42,894 bases of DNA from NCBI GenBank assembly GCA_964449065.1, contig CAYVAZ010000005.1:1-42894 (forward strand). Reading direction: 5' to 3'. Under the pieces are notes generated by a model. It ran no database searches and had not been told where the DNA came from. It saw only the letters and a list, made by a program, of their open reading frames with translations. The position numbers and the translations under genes are program-made. The stretch is from an uncultured bacterium (GTDB taxonomy: Bacteria > Hinthialibacterota > Hinthialibacteria > Hinthialibacterales > Hinthialibacteraceae). Shown piece by piece: positions 1-8,049 of the stretch (positions are counted from its first letter, which is position 1; each line of letters opens with the position of its first letter).

Positions 1-66
1 ATGCAGCGAACGATTAGAAAAATGGGCATATCATAATGTAGTGCGTAACGTGAGTTGTTAATTATA

Positions 67-1095
67 CTATTGTTTTTCCCATTGTTCTACATCCAATTGG
101 CTGTTTTGGGCTTGCACAGGCCCGATGTATTCGGTGGCAACCACAATATCGTCGAACCAGACTTTACTGACGCGGCCGCGCGGGGCTTTGGTGATGTAGA
201 CGTAGGTCCAGATGTAGTTAATGAGAAGTTCCTCGGAGGTTCGCCATTGGAAGCCATTGAAGGTGTTATCGGCTTCGGCATCCGGCTGCCACCAGCCGCC
301 CGCCCAATTGCCGTTGGGAAACCCATTGCCGACGTGGCTTACAATTTGGCCGTCTACTTCCCAAAGTTTTCCATCGATCCAAAAGGCTTGCTCACCGTTT
401 GACGCATCCACAGGGTCATTGAGTTTGACCATCATTTCGACACAAATCCATTCGCCTAGTTCCACATTCGGGTGGGGTACGCCTGACAAAAAAGGCGTTC
501 CCCAATAGTTGCCGTCACCGTGCACATTCATGCCTTGCCAATAGGTGTAAAAATCCCACTGCCAGTCACTGCCGTGGGGTTCGATACCGGTAGTAAACCG
601 TTTTGCGCCGTCGGGTCTTTCCCCGGCACCGCCCTGCGGCCAGGGGGTGGAGGGATTGAAGCCTCCCAAATGCGTGCCGAAGTGATGGATGGGAGCGCAC
701 TCAGGATCGAATTTGACATAGGTGCGGGCAAAGATTTGTTTGTATCCGGGCTGGAGCCTGCGGTAGAGTTGCGCGCCGGTTCCCTGCCCGGCGGTATGGG
801 TAATCAATAAGGATTGTTTGCCGCCGGATGCGGTGGGAACATCATCCGAAAAGGACATGTTTTGTTTGTCACTTGCCGTTTCCCAACGGGAAGCCATTGC
901 GTTGATGGATTCTTCTTCAAAGTTTTCCACGAAGATTACGTTGGGATCGGTATCGATCCCCTGATCGCCGGGATACTTAGAAGCGATGCCATTTTGTATT
1001 TGCGGCAAACGTGCTTCTTGAGATGAAACTACTAGAGGATAAACGCTTATCATAATCGAGCAAAACATGCATCCTAATGTTATGTTTCTATACAT
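67..1095 (-). CDS. Secreted protein, probable polysaccharide-lyase-like/ConA-type beta-jelly-roll domain, with C-terminal VxxWxxx tag
   Basis: Start re-called at ATG 1095 (MYRNITLG...) behind AAGGA; the longer ORF-track start lies inside a REP palindrome. N-terminal hydrophobic signal ends VSS-Q. Motifs FVENFE, IFARTYVKFD, GEWICVEMMVKLN, AFWIDG and VWFDDIVVATEYIGP resemble lyase-like jelly-roll proteins (from memory, not searched). Confidence 0.6.
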   Translation of the reverse strand: MYRNITLGCMFCSIMISVYPLVVSSQEARLPQIQNGIASKYPGDQGIDTDPNVIFVENFEEESINAMASRWETASDKQNMSFSDDVPTASGGKQSLLITHTAGQGTGAQLYRRLQPGYKQIFARTYVKFDPECAPIHHFGTHLGGFNPSTPWPQGGAGERPDGAKRFTTGIEPHGSDWQWDFYTYWQGMNVHGDGNYWGTPFLSGVPHPNVELGEWICVEMMVKLNDPVDASNGEQAFWIDGKLWEVDGQIVSHVGNGFPNGNWAGGWWQPDAEADNTFNGFQWRTSEELLINYIWTYVYITKAPRGRVSKVWFDDIVVATEYIGPVQAQNSQLDVEQWEKQ

Positions 1096-1131
1096 TTGAA
1101 TTTCCTTTTCGATTTTTTTTAGTAGAAGAAA

Positions 1132-1158
1132 TAGGGGCACATTGCAATGTGCCCCTAC
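1132..1158. repeat. REP-like perfect palindrome TAGGGGCACATTGCAATGTGCCCCTA(C), copy 1
   Basis: 26-bp perfect palindrome in an intergenic gap. The identical core recurs at 25772-25799. GTAG...CTAC ends are typical of GTAG-family REP elements. Confidence 0.8.
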
Positions 1159-1190
1159 CTACGAATTGCCCAAGAAAGAATTTAAATCGT

Positions 1191-2426
1191 TTAAAATTCC
1201 GCGAAGCCGTTGATCGAGGCATCGCTGAACGGTCCGTCTATCAACAGCAATTGCGTACCGGTAACGTCTTCAATGGTGACAATCAATCCGAGTTGGCTGT
1301 ATGAGATTCCTTTGATGACGGCTGCCCCGCGGTCCGGGTTTAACTGAACAAATAAATCGCCGTCATTGTTGAGGCGGCCAAAATCTTCTTGACGGTAGAG
1401 CCGGATAGAGCGGGCGGCTCCGTTTTCACCTGCGGTAACAATAAAGGTATCACCAGTTGTCAAGCTGACTTGACCGGTGTTCATCCCTATTGGCGCATTC
1501 ACGTTTTGAGGAAATACGGCGATAACTTCCGCGTCAAATCCGCTCTCTTCGATTTCCAAAATGGGTTCGCTGGGCCGGGGCGTAGCCGTCGGGCGTGGTG
1601 TTGGAGTCGCCGTCGCGGCGGGTGTCGGTGTTGCCGTGGGAGCCTGCTGCGGCAGCGATACTTTGGATTTTGCAAACCAGCTGATTGTGCCTTGATTTTC
1701 CAGACGCATAAAAGCTTCGATATTGCCGTCTTCATCCAGCGTGCGGTATCCCCGGTCCGTAATGGCAATATCCACAAAATCACCGGATAAATCGGCTTTG
1801 GAGGGCAGCGGAAGCGCTTTGCCGAAGTTGAGAACGATACCGTCTTCTTTAAAGACATAATATCCTTCATCAACAGGCTCAAAATCCACGACTTCATCGG
1901 TACGGAAGGTTTCAAAACCGTGGTTAACCGCGGTGCCGAAAAAGGCCATGGATCCATCTTCATAAAGAACGGTATAGCCCTCATCGTCATCCGTTAGTTC
2001 CATATCAACCGCGCCGTCTTTTTCTAGGAAACCGCGAAGTTTGGCATCGCCCACGGTGACGATGGTGCCGTCTTCACGCAAAAAGTAGAAGCCGCTGTTG
2101 GCAGTAAGTTCCATGTCCACAACATCCTGGCGGGAACTGACAGGATGACCGAAGACAATCGCGTCTCCAAAGGAATGGACGGTACCATCCTCTTCCACCA
2201 CGTAATACCCCATGCCGCTATGCGTTAGGGTTAAATCGACGGCATCGGCGTTTTGGGGGAAGCCGCGGTTGACAGCGCTGCCGGAAAACTGGATTGTTCC
2301 ATCATCCAATAAAACGTAAATCGAACGCTCGCCCTCGGCAATTTCAAAATCCACCGCTTCTCCAACGGCTTGACCGGAGAAGACTCCTATGATGACTAGC
2401 GATATACAACTATGTATCCATTTCAT
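1191..2426 (-). CDS. Secreted protein: six ~38-aa repeats (probable six-bladed beta-propeller), Pro/Thr linker and C-terminal domain
   Basis: Likely start ATG 2426 (MKWIHS..., AAGGA 8 nt upstream); alternative start 2435. Signal peptide present. Six repeats of consensus [AV]VD[FM]E[LI]T...GYY[VF]L.EDG.[IV]..FG.A...G. Linker PQQAPTATPTPAATATPTPRPTATPRP. Ends SINGFAEF. Confidence 0.7.
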   Translation of the reverse strand: MKWIHSCISLVIIGVFSGQAVGEAVDFEIAEGERSIYVLLDDGTIQFSGSAVNRGFPQNADAVDLTLTHSGMGYYVVEEDGTVHSFGDAIVFGHPVSSRQDVVDMELTANSGFYFLREDGTIVTVGDAKLRGFLEKDGAVDMELTDDDEGYTVLYEDGSMAFFGTAVNHGFETFRTDEVVDFEPVDEGYYVFKEDGIVLNFGKALPLPSKADLSGDFVDIAITDRGYRTLDEDGNIEAFMRLENQGTISWFAKSKVSLPQQAPTATPTPAATATPTPRPTATPRPSEPILEIEESGFDAEVIAVFPQNVNAPIGMNTGQVSLTTGDTFIVTAGENGAARSIRLYRQEDFGRLNNDGDLFVQLNPDRGAAVIKGISYSQLGLIVTIEDVTGTQLLLIDGPFSDASINGFAEF

Positions 2427-2437
2427 AATCAACATCC

Positions 2438-2968
2438 TTAATTGGTGATTTCAAACCGGTCATACACAAATTCGATGCGTTCCATGTAGCGGGTCGAGCC
2501 ATCTACATTAAGCGGCGGGAAGGAAAAACTGCGCGGCCATGCGTTTAAAACGTTGATGCGTAAAGCCCGTGATCCGCGGGAATCAATGAGATCAATTTCA
2601 ATTCTGCGCTTTTGGAAGTCGCCATCAATTACATCATCACGCCAATCACGCATTTGCTCATCAAACACACCATGCAGGACCAACGGTGGATAAGAGGTGG
2701 CCCCGGAACTTAGTTCATTGCCCTGTAACGTAACCGACGTTTCGTTTTCCAAGCCTTCGATCATAAATACTTGTCCGACCTGCGCGAGGCCGATGATCTC
2801 GAGATCAATGGTGGCGGTTTCGGGTATTTCTCTCTCGTCGAATGGGTCAAAATCCGACGGAGTAACACTGTCTCCTTCCGAACCGGTTTGTTGACCGATG
2901 GCCCAAGCACCGGTCAATACCAATGCGGCAAGCGCCCCAAATAGAAAAAGCCGTTTTGATTTGATCAT
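2438..2968 (-). CDS. Phage T4 gp19/Afp1-like tail tube protein with N-terminal signal peptide
   Basis: ATG 2968 with AGGAG RBS. Body shows the gp19-family pattern LEI.G...I.GLE.E...G...Y..L.L.G.....W...V..G...+R.I.I.L.D..G....R....NAWP.....P.LN......E.IE..Y..FE. N-terminus MIKSKR-LFLFGALAALVLTG-AWA is a Sec signal. Confidence 0.75.
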   Translation of the reverse strand: MIKSKRLFLFGALAALVLTGAWAIGQQTGSEGDSVTPSDFDPFDEREIPETATIDLEIIGLAQVGQVFMIEGLENETSVTLQGNELSSGATSYPPLVLHGVFDEQMRDWRDDVIDGDFQKRRIEIDLIDSRGSRALRINVLNAWPRSFSFPPLNVDGSTRYMERIEFVYDRFEITN

Positions 2969-3018
2969 TCTTGTTCTCCTTACAGAAATATTTTCATGTT
3001 TATACATTACATAAGAGT

Positions 3019-3048
3019 ATGATACTGTAAATGGAAGAGATGTGTCTA
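3019..3048 (-). promoter_or_regulatory. Candidate sigma70 promoter for the tail-tube/propeller operon
   Basis: Minus strand TAGACA-N18-TATCAT, about 50 nt upstream of ATG 2968. Confidence 0.35.
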
Positions 3049-3151
3049 CATCCTTATGTGAAATGTTGTCATGACTTCATCACAGAACTCATTTAAAAAA
3101 AACAAGAATTCTGGTATTGTATTACCAATGCGGTTTTAAAAGGGAGTGATC

Positions 3152-4591
3152 ATGGCGAAAGAGAAACTCAACGTTCTGGTTTTAATGGGGGATGACCATG
3201 CCACATACGCGTATGGGGCGTATGGCCATCAAACGCCAAAGACACCGAATTTGGACGCGTTTGCGGCAAGCGGCGTACGGTTCAGCCGGGCCTTTTGCAA
3301 TTCGCCGGTGTGTACGGCAACACGGCAATCGTTGTTAACAGGGAGGCTGCCGCATTCGATTGGCGTAACCCAATTGCGTTCCGCGCTCTCAGCGGATACC
3401 ACAACAATTGCTGACGTACTTCAGGCGAATGGTTATATCACAGCCGCGTACGGCAAGATGCATTTTAACAGCACTTTAAAACACGGCTTTGAGCACCGGC
3501 TATATCACCAACAGCACCGCGAATATCTCAAAGAAAATCCACCAAAGCCGGTGCCGGATGATATAGAAGCGCTCCCGCAATGGCGGCCGTTTCGCGATCA
3601 CGCGCGGGTATGGCTCAACAGCATGAATATCCCCTATGGGGCGTATGATAAAGATATGCTCAATACCTGGATTGCGGAACAATCCAGCCAATTTTTGATT
3701 GATCACAAGGATGACACGTTTTGCTTATTCAGCAGCTTTAACCAGCCGCATTCGCCGTTCCGCTATCCGATTGAATATGCGAAAACGTATAATCCAGCGG
3801 ATATGAAAGTCCCAGAAAAGGGACCGGAGGACGACTGGCATATCCCCGATATTTATTACGATTTGACGCATGAAGAGAAGCAAGGAATCAACGCGGCTTA
3901 TTACACCGCGGTGGCGTATTTGGATAGAAATATCGGTATTGTGCTGGATACGCTGGAAGAAACCGGGCTCGCTGAGAACACGATGGTGGTGTATATTGGA
4001 GATCACGGCTATGCGCTGGGGCATCACGGCCGGTTTGAGAAACATACCTTGTTTGAAGAATCGATTCATTCACCGTTGGTATTTCGGGTACCGGGTATGA
4101 GCAAGGCAGGTCATGTTGCAGAGCAACTGACTGAATTCATCGACATCTTCCCAACGATAATGGAAGCAACCGGTTGTCAAATTCCTAGCGAAGTGGAAGG
4201 CAACAACCTGCTCCCCGCCATCCAAGGTGATGACTCCCCCAACCGGGAGATGGTGTTTTTGGAGTATTTTGAGAATGAAGAAGCGGGAATCCGGACCGAC
4301 CGCTATAAATACATTTACGGCAGCGGCAAACGCATGAGGCAGGATGGGTATTATTCCAGCCGCGATCCGCACAAGCGGTATCAATTGCTGTATGATCTGC
4401 AACAAGACCCACAAGAGCATCACAACCTTGCAGAGGATAAACAATATGCGGATAGGATTGATCAATTTGAGGCGGAGATGATCCGGCGGTTTGAAGCGAC
4501 CTCACCAATTAAAGATCGAATGCCTAGTGATTTGGGTGTTCATGATCAGTTGGATTTTTATTTGAAGGCGTGGGATTCGTATATAATGTGA
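3152..4591 (+). CDS. Formylglycine-dependent sulfatase (S1 family), probably cytoplasmic
   Basis: NVLVLMGDD, CTATRQSLLTGR (C-x-A-x-R signature), GKMH, PHSP and GDHG...HG..EK motifs. GGGAG RBS before ATG 3152. No signal peptide. Confidence 0.92.
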   Translation: MAKEKLNVLVLMGDDHATYAYGAYGHQTPKTPNLDAFAASGVRFSRAFCNSPVCTATRQSLLTGRLPHSIGVTQLRSALSADTTTIADVLQANGYITAAYGKMHFNSTLKHGFEHRLYHQQHREYLKENPPKPVPDDIEALPQWRPFRDHARVWLNSMNIPYGAYDKDMLNTWIAEQSSQFLIDHKDDTFCLFSSFNQPHSPFRYPIEYAKTYNPADMKVPEKGPEDDWHIPDIYYDLTHEEKQGINAAYYTAVAYLDRNIGIVLDTLEETGLAENTMVVYIGDHGYALGHHGRFEKHTLFEESIHSPLVFRVPGMSKAGHVAEQLTEFIDIFPTIMEATGCQIPSEVEGNNLLPAIQGDDSPNREMVFLEYFENEEAGIRTDRYKYIYGSGKRMRQDGYYSSRDPHKRYQLLYDLQQDPQEHHNLAEDKQYADRIDQFEAEMIRRFEATSPIKDRMPSDLGVHDQLDFYLKAWDSYIM

Positions 4592-4612
4592 TGGCTAAAG
4601 TGTTGCAATCAA

Positions 4613-5026
4613 CTATTTTTTCAGTTTGCTTAAATTGAGCCAATGCATTGGTAGGCTTTTCATGTCTTTAAAATCTGGGTCGGTAGATACGAATAATTCA
4701 CATTTATTTGCTAATGCAATGGCTATATGTAACGCATCCATCGCTCTTAGATTCTCCTTTAAAGCGATGTCAAACGCTGAAGTAAAAACCGTCGATGGTG
4801 ATGGAAGAAAGTGAACTTCATCAAAAATACTTTTGTAAGACTCAATGAGATTTGTTTCTTGTAAACGATGAGGTTTAAGAAGAACTTCAAGCCTCACCAG
4901 GCTTGAGTAGGCCAGCGTCCATTCTTCTTCAAGTATATTGAGTTGTTGATCAATGAATGATTGATACGTTTCGATTTATTCACACGAAGTAATCCAAACC
5001 GAAGAATCGATATAGGCAATCTTCAA
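4613..5026 (-). pseudogene. PIN-domain (VapC-like) toxin interrupted by an in-frame TAA at codon 17
   Basis: TTG 5026 gives MKIAYIDSSVWITSCE, then TAA at 4978-4976. The same frame continues IETYQSFI...SSLVRLEVLLKP...LRAMDALHIAIA...FVSTDPDF. PIN acidic residues lie on both sides of the stop. Confidence 0.8.
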
Positions 5027-5030
5027 TTCT

Positions 5031-5258
5031 TCACCCTCTGATTTCATGCAAATCTTTCAGGATTTCTTCATAAGTACGACGCGGTATGTTTAAGGCTCTC
5101 GCTTTATCAATTTCTTTTTTAATTTCAGACCACTTGCCTTTACCGGAATCAGGAATGCTACCATCACAAAATTCAATGATTATTTCTTCTCCCTTTTTAA
5201 GAGAGGGAGATTTGACTTTCAATAAGCCTTCTGCTGAAACTTCTGCTGTCAAATACAT
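5031..5258 (-). CDS. Putative antitoxin (75 aa) of the PIN toxin
   Basis: GAGGAG RBS. Lies directly upstream of the PIN gene. N-terminal beta-type segment resembling AbrB-like antitoxins; C-terminus ILKDLHEIRG. Confidence 0.65.
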   Translation of the reverse strand: MYLTAEVSAEGLLKVKSPSLKKGEEIIIEFCDGSIPDSGKGKWSEIKKEIDKARALNIPRRTYEEILKDLHEIRG

Positions 5259-5342
5259 TGATATCTCCTCATTTAATTATCATCTAATTTTATCTTATAA
5301 CAAAATGATAATCAAATAAATATTTGCCGAGTATCATCATCG

Positions 5343-6749
5343 TTAAAGCATAGGATAATACTTGCTTGCGTCCTCCAGAATGAGTATCCAGTCTTGGCCG
5401 TAGCCGTTGGTTGGCGGGGTGTAGGTTTGGAAGCCTGTGGCATCCGCGGTGTGGATATGATATGACACTCCATAACGGGGATCAAACCAGGTTTCTTTAA
5501 CGCTTTGGCCGCTGATTCGGCTGATATCGATGGAGAATTTCTCTCCGCGGGGTGAGTAAATAAAGGCAAATGAGTTGTCGTTCGCTAAAGCCGCGCGGAT
5601 TTTGGCTCCACCGGTTGTAGGGCCATCGAGAATGAAATCTTGTGCGGGTACCAGTTTGGTGAAGGGTTTGGATTCGAAAAGCTTGCGCACGTGTCCCATC
5701 TGAAACGCTCCGGGATGATCAAGGGCTTCATACCAGGGAATGTTTGCTTCAATCACCCGGGGTTTATCCGGCTGCCACATTTGCCAGATATTGTTGTTGC
5801 CGTAAGTGTGGCCGCAGGCTCCCGCTAAGAGTGACCAATAGGCAGCGGTGCGGCAGTCATCATCGGTAAAGCGGTGATGGGGCGGATTGCCTTTCAGATA
5901 AAAACCGACCACGATGGATTCGTAACGGGGCTCGCCATCCAAAGTAGGTTTTGTGGGAGTCAGTTTATAGTCGTGTTCTGTGAATAATCCCGTATCATGA
6001 TCAATGGCAGCGTGGGAAGATTGAAACATGTTGAAGTCGAGCCAGTCTTCGTTATGAAAGTAAGGGGATGACAATCCCGGGCCGCGTGGATGGAAGGTGA
6101 TAAGGTGTCTGCCATCGTCACCGTCTCTCAATCCTGCTGCCATCGCGCTAATGATTTCATGCTCTTCATCCGAATCGATGTTTTCATCGCCGCCGAGTAT
6201 CCAGATGATGGGTTTGTCTTTGTAGCGTTCGCCCAAATAGCGGCCAAATAGTTCTGCATTTTCTTTGTTAAAAATGGATTGATCATAACGGCGGGCGGTT
6301 TTCCAATACGAACCCCATGTCGGCAGCATGCCTACATACAGACCGAGTTCTTCTGCTTTGTTGACGATGAAATCAACGTGCCTGAAATAGGCTTCATTTG
6401 GTTGAGTTGGATCTTTATCGATGAGAGGAACATCGCCATACGGATTGGGGTCGGTTAAGCCTTCCAACTGAGCCAAGACGACGGCTTGGATAACGGTGAA
6501 TCCTTTTTCGGCACGGTTGGTTAAGTACTGCTCTGCTTCTTCGCGGTTTAAGCGGTGAAAGAGTTCCCAAGCGGTATCGCCTAAATAGAAGAACGGTTCG
6601 TCGTTTTGGTATTGTAAATAACGGCCGTTATCTGTCACTTGCAGGGGTCGAAGAGATTGCGCGAAACCTTGTATTGATACGGTGAGTATGAGTATAACCA
6701 AGTGAAAACATCTTACAATTTGGATTCCATTCATGTTCGATCTAAGCAT
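5343..6749 (-). CDS. GH140-like glycoside hydrolase (DUF4038 plus C-terminal collagen-binding-like domain), secreted
   Basis: PFFYLGDTAWELFHRL, KGFTVIQAVVL, IIWILGGD, LITFHPRG, DFNMFQS, LDGEPRYE, GHTYG and WFDPRYG...DWILILE. Signal peptide ends GFA-Q. Confidence 0.88.
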   Translation of the reverse strand: MLRSNMNGIQIVRCFHLVILILTVSIQGFAQSLRPLQVTDNGRYLQYQNDEPFFYLGDTAWELFHRLNREEAEQYLTNRAEKGFTVIQAVVLAQLEGLTDPNPYGDVPLIDKDPTQPNEAYFRHVDFIVNKAEELGLYVGMLPTWGSYWKTARRYDQSIFNKENAELFGRYLGERYKDKPIIWILGGDENIDSDEEHEIISAMAAGLRDGDDGRHLITFHPRGPGLSSPYFHNEDWLDFNMFQSSHAAIDHDTGLFTEHDYKLTPTKPTLDGEPRYESIVVGFYLKGNPPHHRFTDDDCRTAAYWSLLAGACGHTYGNNNIWQMWQPDKPRVIEANIPWYEALDHPGAFQMGHVRKLFESKPFTKLVPAQDFILDGPTTGGAKIRAALANDNSFAFIYSPRGEKFSIDISRISGQSVKETWFDPRYGVSYHIHTADATGFQTYTPPTNGYGQDWILILEDASKYYPML

Positions 6750-6836
6750 GAAAATCCCCCCATTCTATACGTTGTTATACATTCATTATTACGGGGCTGT
6801 GTATATTTAGGGAGGGATGCGGCAGAGAAAAACAAC

Positions 6837-6865
6837 GAAAGCCGCGCAAGAAATACGCGGCTTTC
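6837..6865 (-). terminator. Intrinsic terminator downstream of 6890-7786
   Basis: GAAAGCCGCG/CGCGGCTTTC 10-bp stem followed on the minus strand by GTTGTTTTT. Confidence 0.7.
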
Positions 6866-6889
6866 CTTTCAATATTTAGGTTGAATTCA

Positions 6890-7786
6890 TTAATACACGG
6901 ACCATTCTCTTACAGTTACTGGAGGCTGTGCTCCTTCTTCGGTACCATCGGCCGTGACTGGTACACCGAGAGCCCATTGGATTGCACGTTGAAACATAAT
7001 CGCTCCATCCGGCGATAATGCAACCAAAGCTAAATCCATACTGGTAGGATCAAAGGCTTGCACGTTAGGAGAAAAGCCTAAGAAAACGCGCCGATTTGGT
7101 GCCGGTTCCGCGCCGGCAGGAACCGGGGCATCATCATCGCCTTTATATCCGGATGCTCCTTCTTCCACAACAACCAAGTTGTACCGTTCGGGATCCACAA
7201 TAAAACCTGTCTTCGTTAATGGAATTCCTATTGGGGCCAATGAATCCAGTGCCATTCCAGATAAAATTCCATTATCTGTAAACGTAATCAAAACGATTTC
7301 ATTCATCTCCCACAAGCCGGTAATCGGGTGGGTATTATCGATCACTTCGATTTCAAAATCACCTGCCGCGTTGCTGCGTCCTGATTCCGGCGTGAGCCAG
7401 AGTCCGCCGGGACGGTCGACGCTGCCACGCATGAGCACATCTTCCGTATCTAAGATGGGGATGTTTTTATCAATATATTGATCGGCGTCCGCGGAATTAA
7501 CGGATTCATGAATAAAGACCAAATCGAAGTTGGCTTCCGCATCGGAGGCATTGTCTTCCGTGCCCTGCACGAAGGTGACATCATATCCCAATCCAGGAAT
7601 CACAACTTCGTTGTTTGCTTCATCAAAAAGTGATATGCCATCCGTCAATAGTAAAATATAAACTAAATTGATCAGCGTATCCGGGTCTCCCCCACCTACC
7701 ATATAGACGCTTTGCGCTTTTACTGCTTTTGAAAAATGCCCAAATAACACTACACTCAAGATAATATAAAACACGGCTTTCTTCAT
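6890..7786 (-). CDS. Secreted acidic protein of unknown function with C-terminal VREWSVY tag
   Basis: AGGAGAGG RBS. Signal peptide MKKAVFYIILSVVLFGHFSKAVKA-Q. Very acidic. Elements LGYDVTFV, FDLVFIHES, HPIT and FQRAIQWALG are compatible with a class I glutamine amidotransferase-like fold (weak). Confidence 0.65.
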   Translation of the reverse strand: MKKAVFYIILSVVLFGHFSKAVKAQSVYMVGGGDPDTLINLVYILLLTDGISLFDEANNEVVIPGLGYDVTFVQGTEDNASDAEANFDLVFIHESVNSADADQYIDKNIPILDTEDVLMRGSVDRPGGLWLTPESGRSNAAGDFEIEVIDNTHPITGLWEMNEIVLITFTDNGILSGMALDSLAPIGIPLTKTGFIVDPERYNLVVVEEGASGYKGDDDAPVPAGAEPAPNRRVFLGFSPNVQAFDPTSMDLALVALSPDGAIMFQRAIQWALGVPVTADGTEEGAQPPVTVREWSVY

Positions 7787-7816
7787 TTTTCCTCTCCTCT
7801 ACATTGAAATTGCAAT

Positions 7817-7834
7817 TATTGAATCGATTCAATA
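7817..7834. promoter_or_regulatory. Perfect 18-bp palindromic operator TATTGAATCGATTCAATA (LacI-family-like); second site at 7912-7925
   Basis: Perfect palindrome with central CG, 30 nt upstream of the start at 7786. Near-identical TTGAATCGATTGAA at 7912-7925. Confidence 0.6.
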
Positions 7835-8049
7835 TACAGATATCCTAGCAGAAAGTCTAGCATTTTAATCAAATTTCATGCGATATTTCACTTAATCTCT
7901 CTACAGATTATTTGAATCGATTGAAAAAGAGGGGGGCATGGTGGTTGTATTTACCACATTGATTCAGGTAAAATTACTTTTCTCTAATCCTTTTTGTATA
8001 TCTAAGAACAGATATAGTCTGAATATAAAACTTAAATAAGGCTAAACCG

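Noticed and set aside
2438..2968. Prophage, tailocin or eCIS locus
   Set aside because: Only a tube-like gene is present. There is no sheath, baseplate, spike, capsid, terminase, integrase or lysis gene in the window.
4560..4591. Sulfatase C-terminus (LKAWDSYIM) as a fifth VxxW tag
   Set aside because: Trp is at -6 rather than -4 and the protein has no signal peptide.
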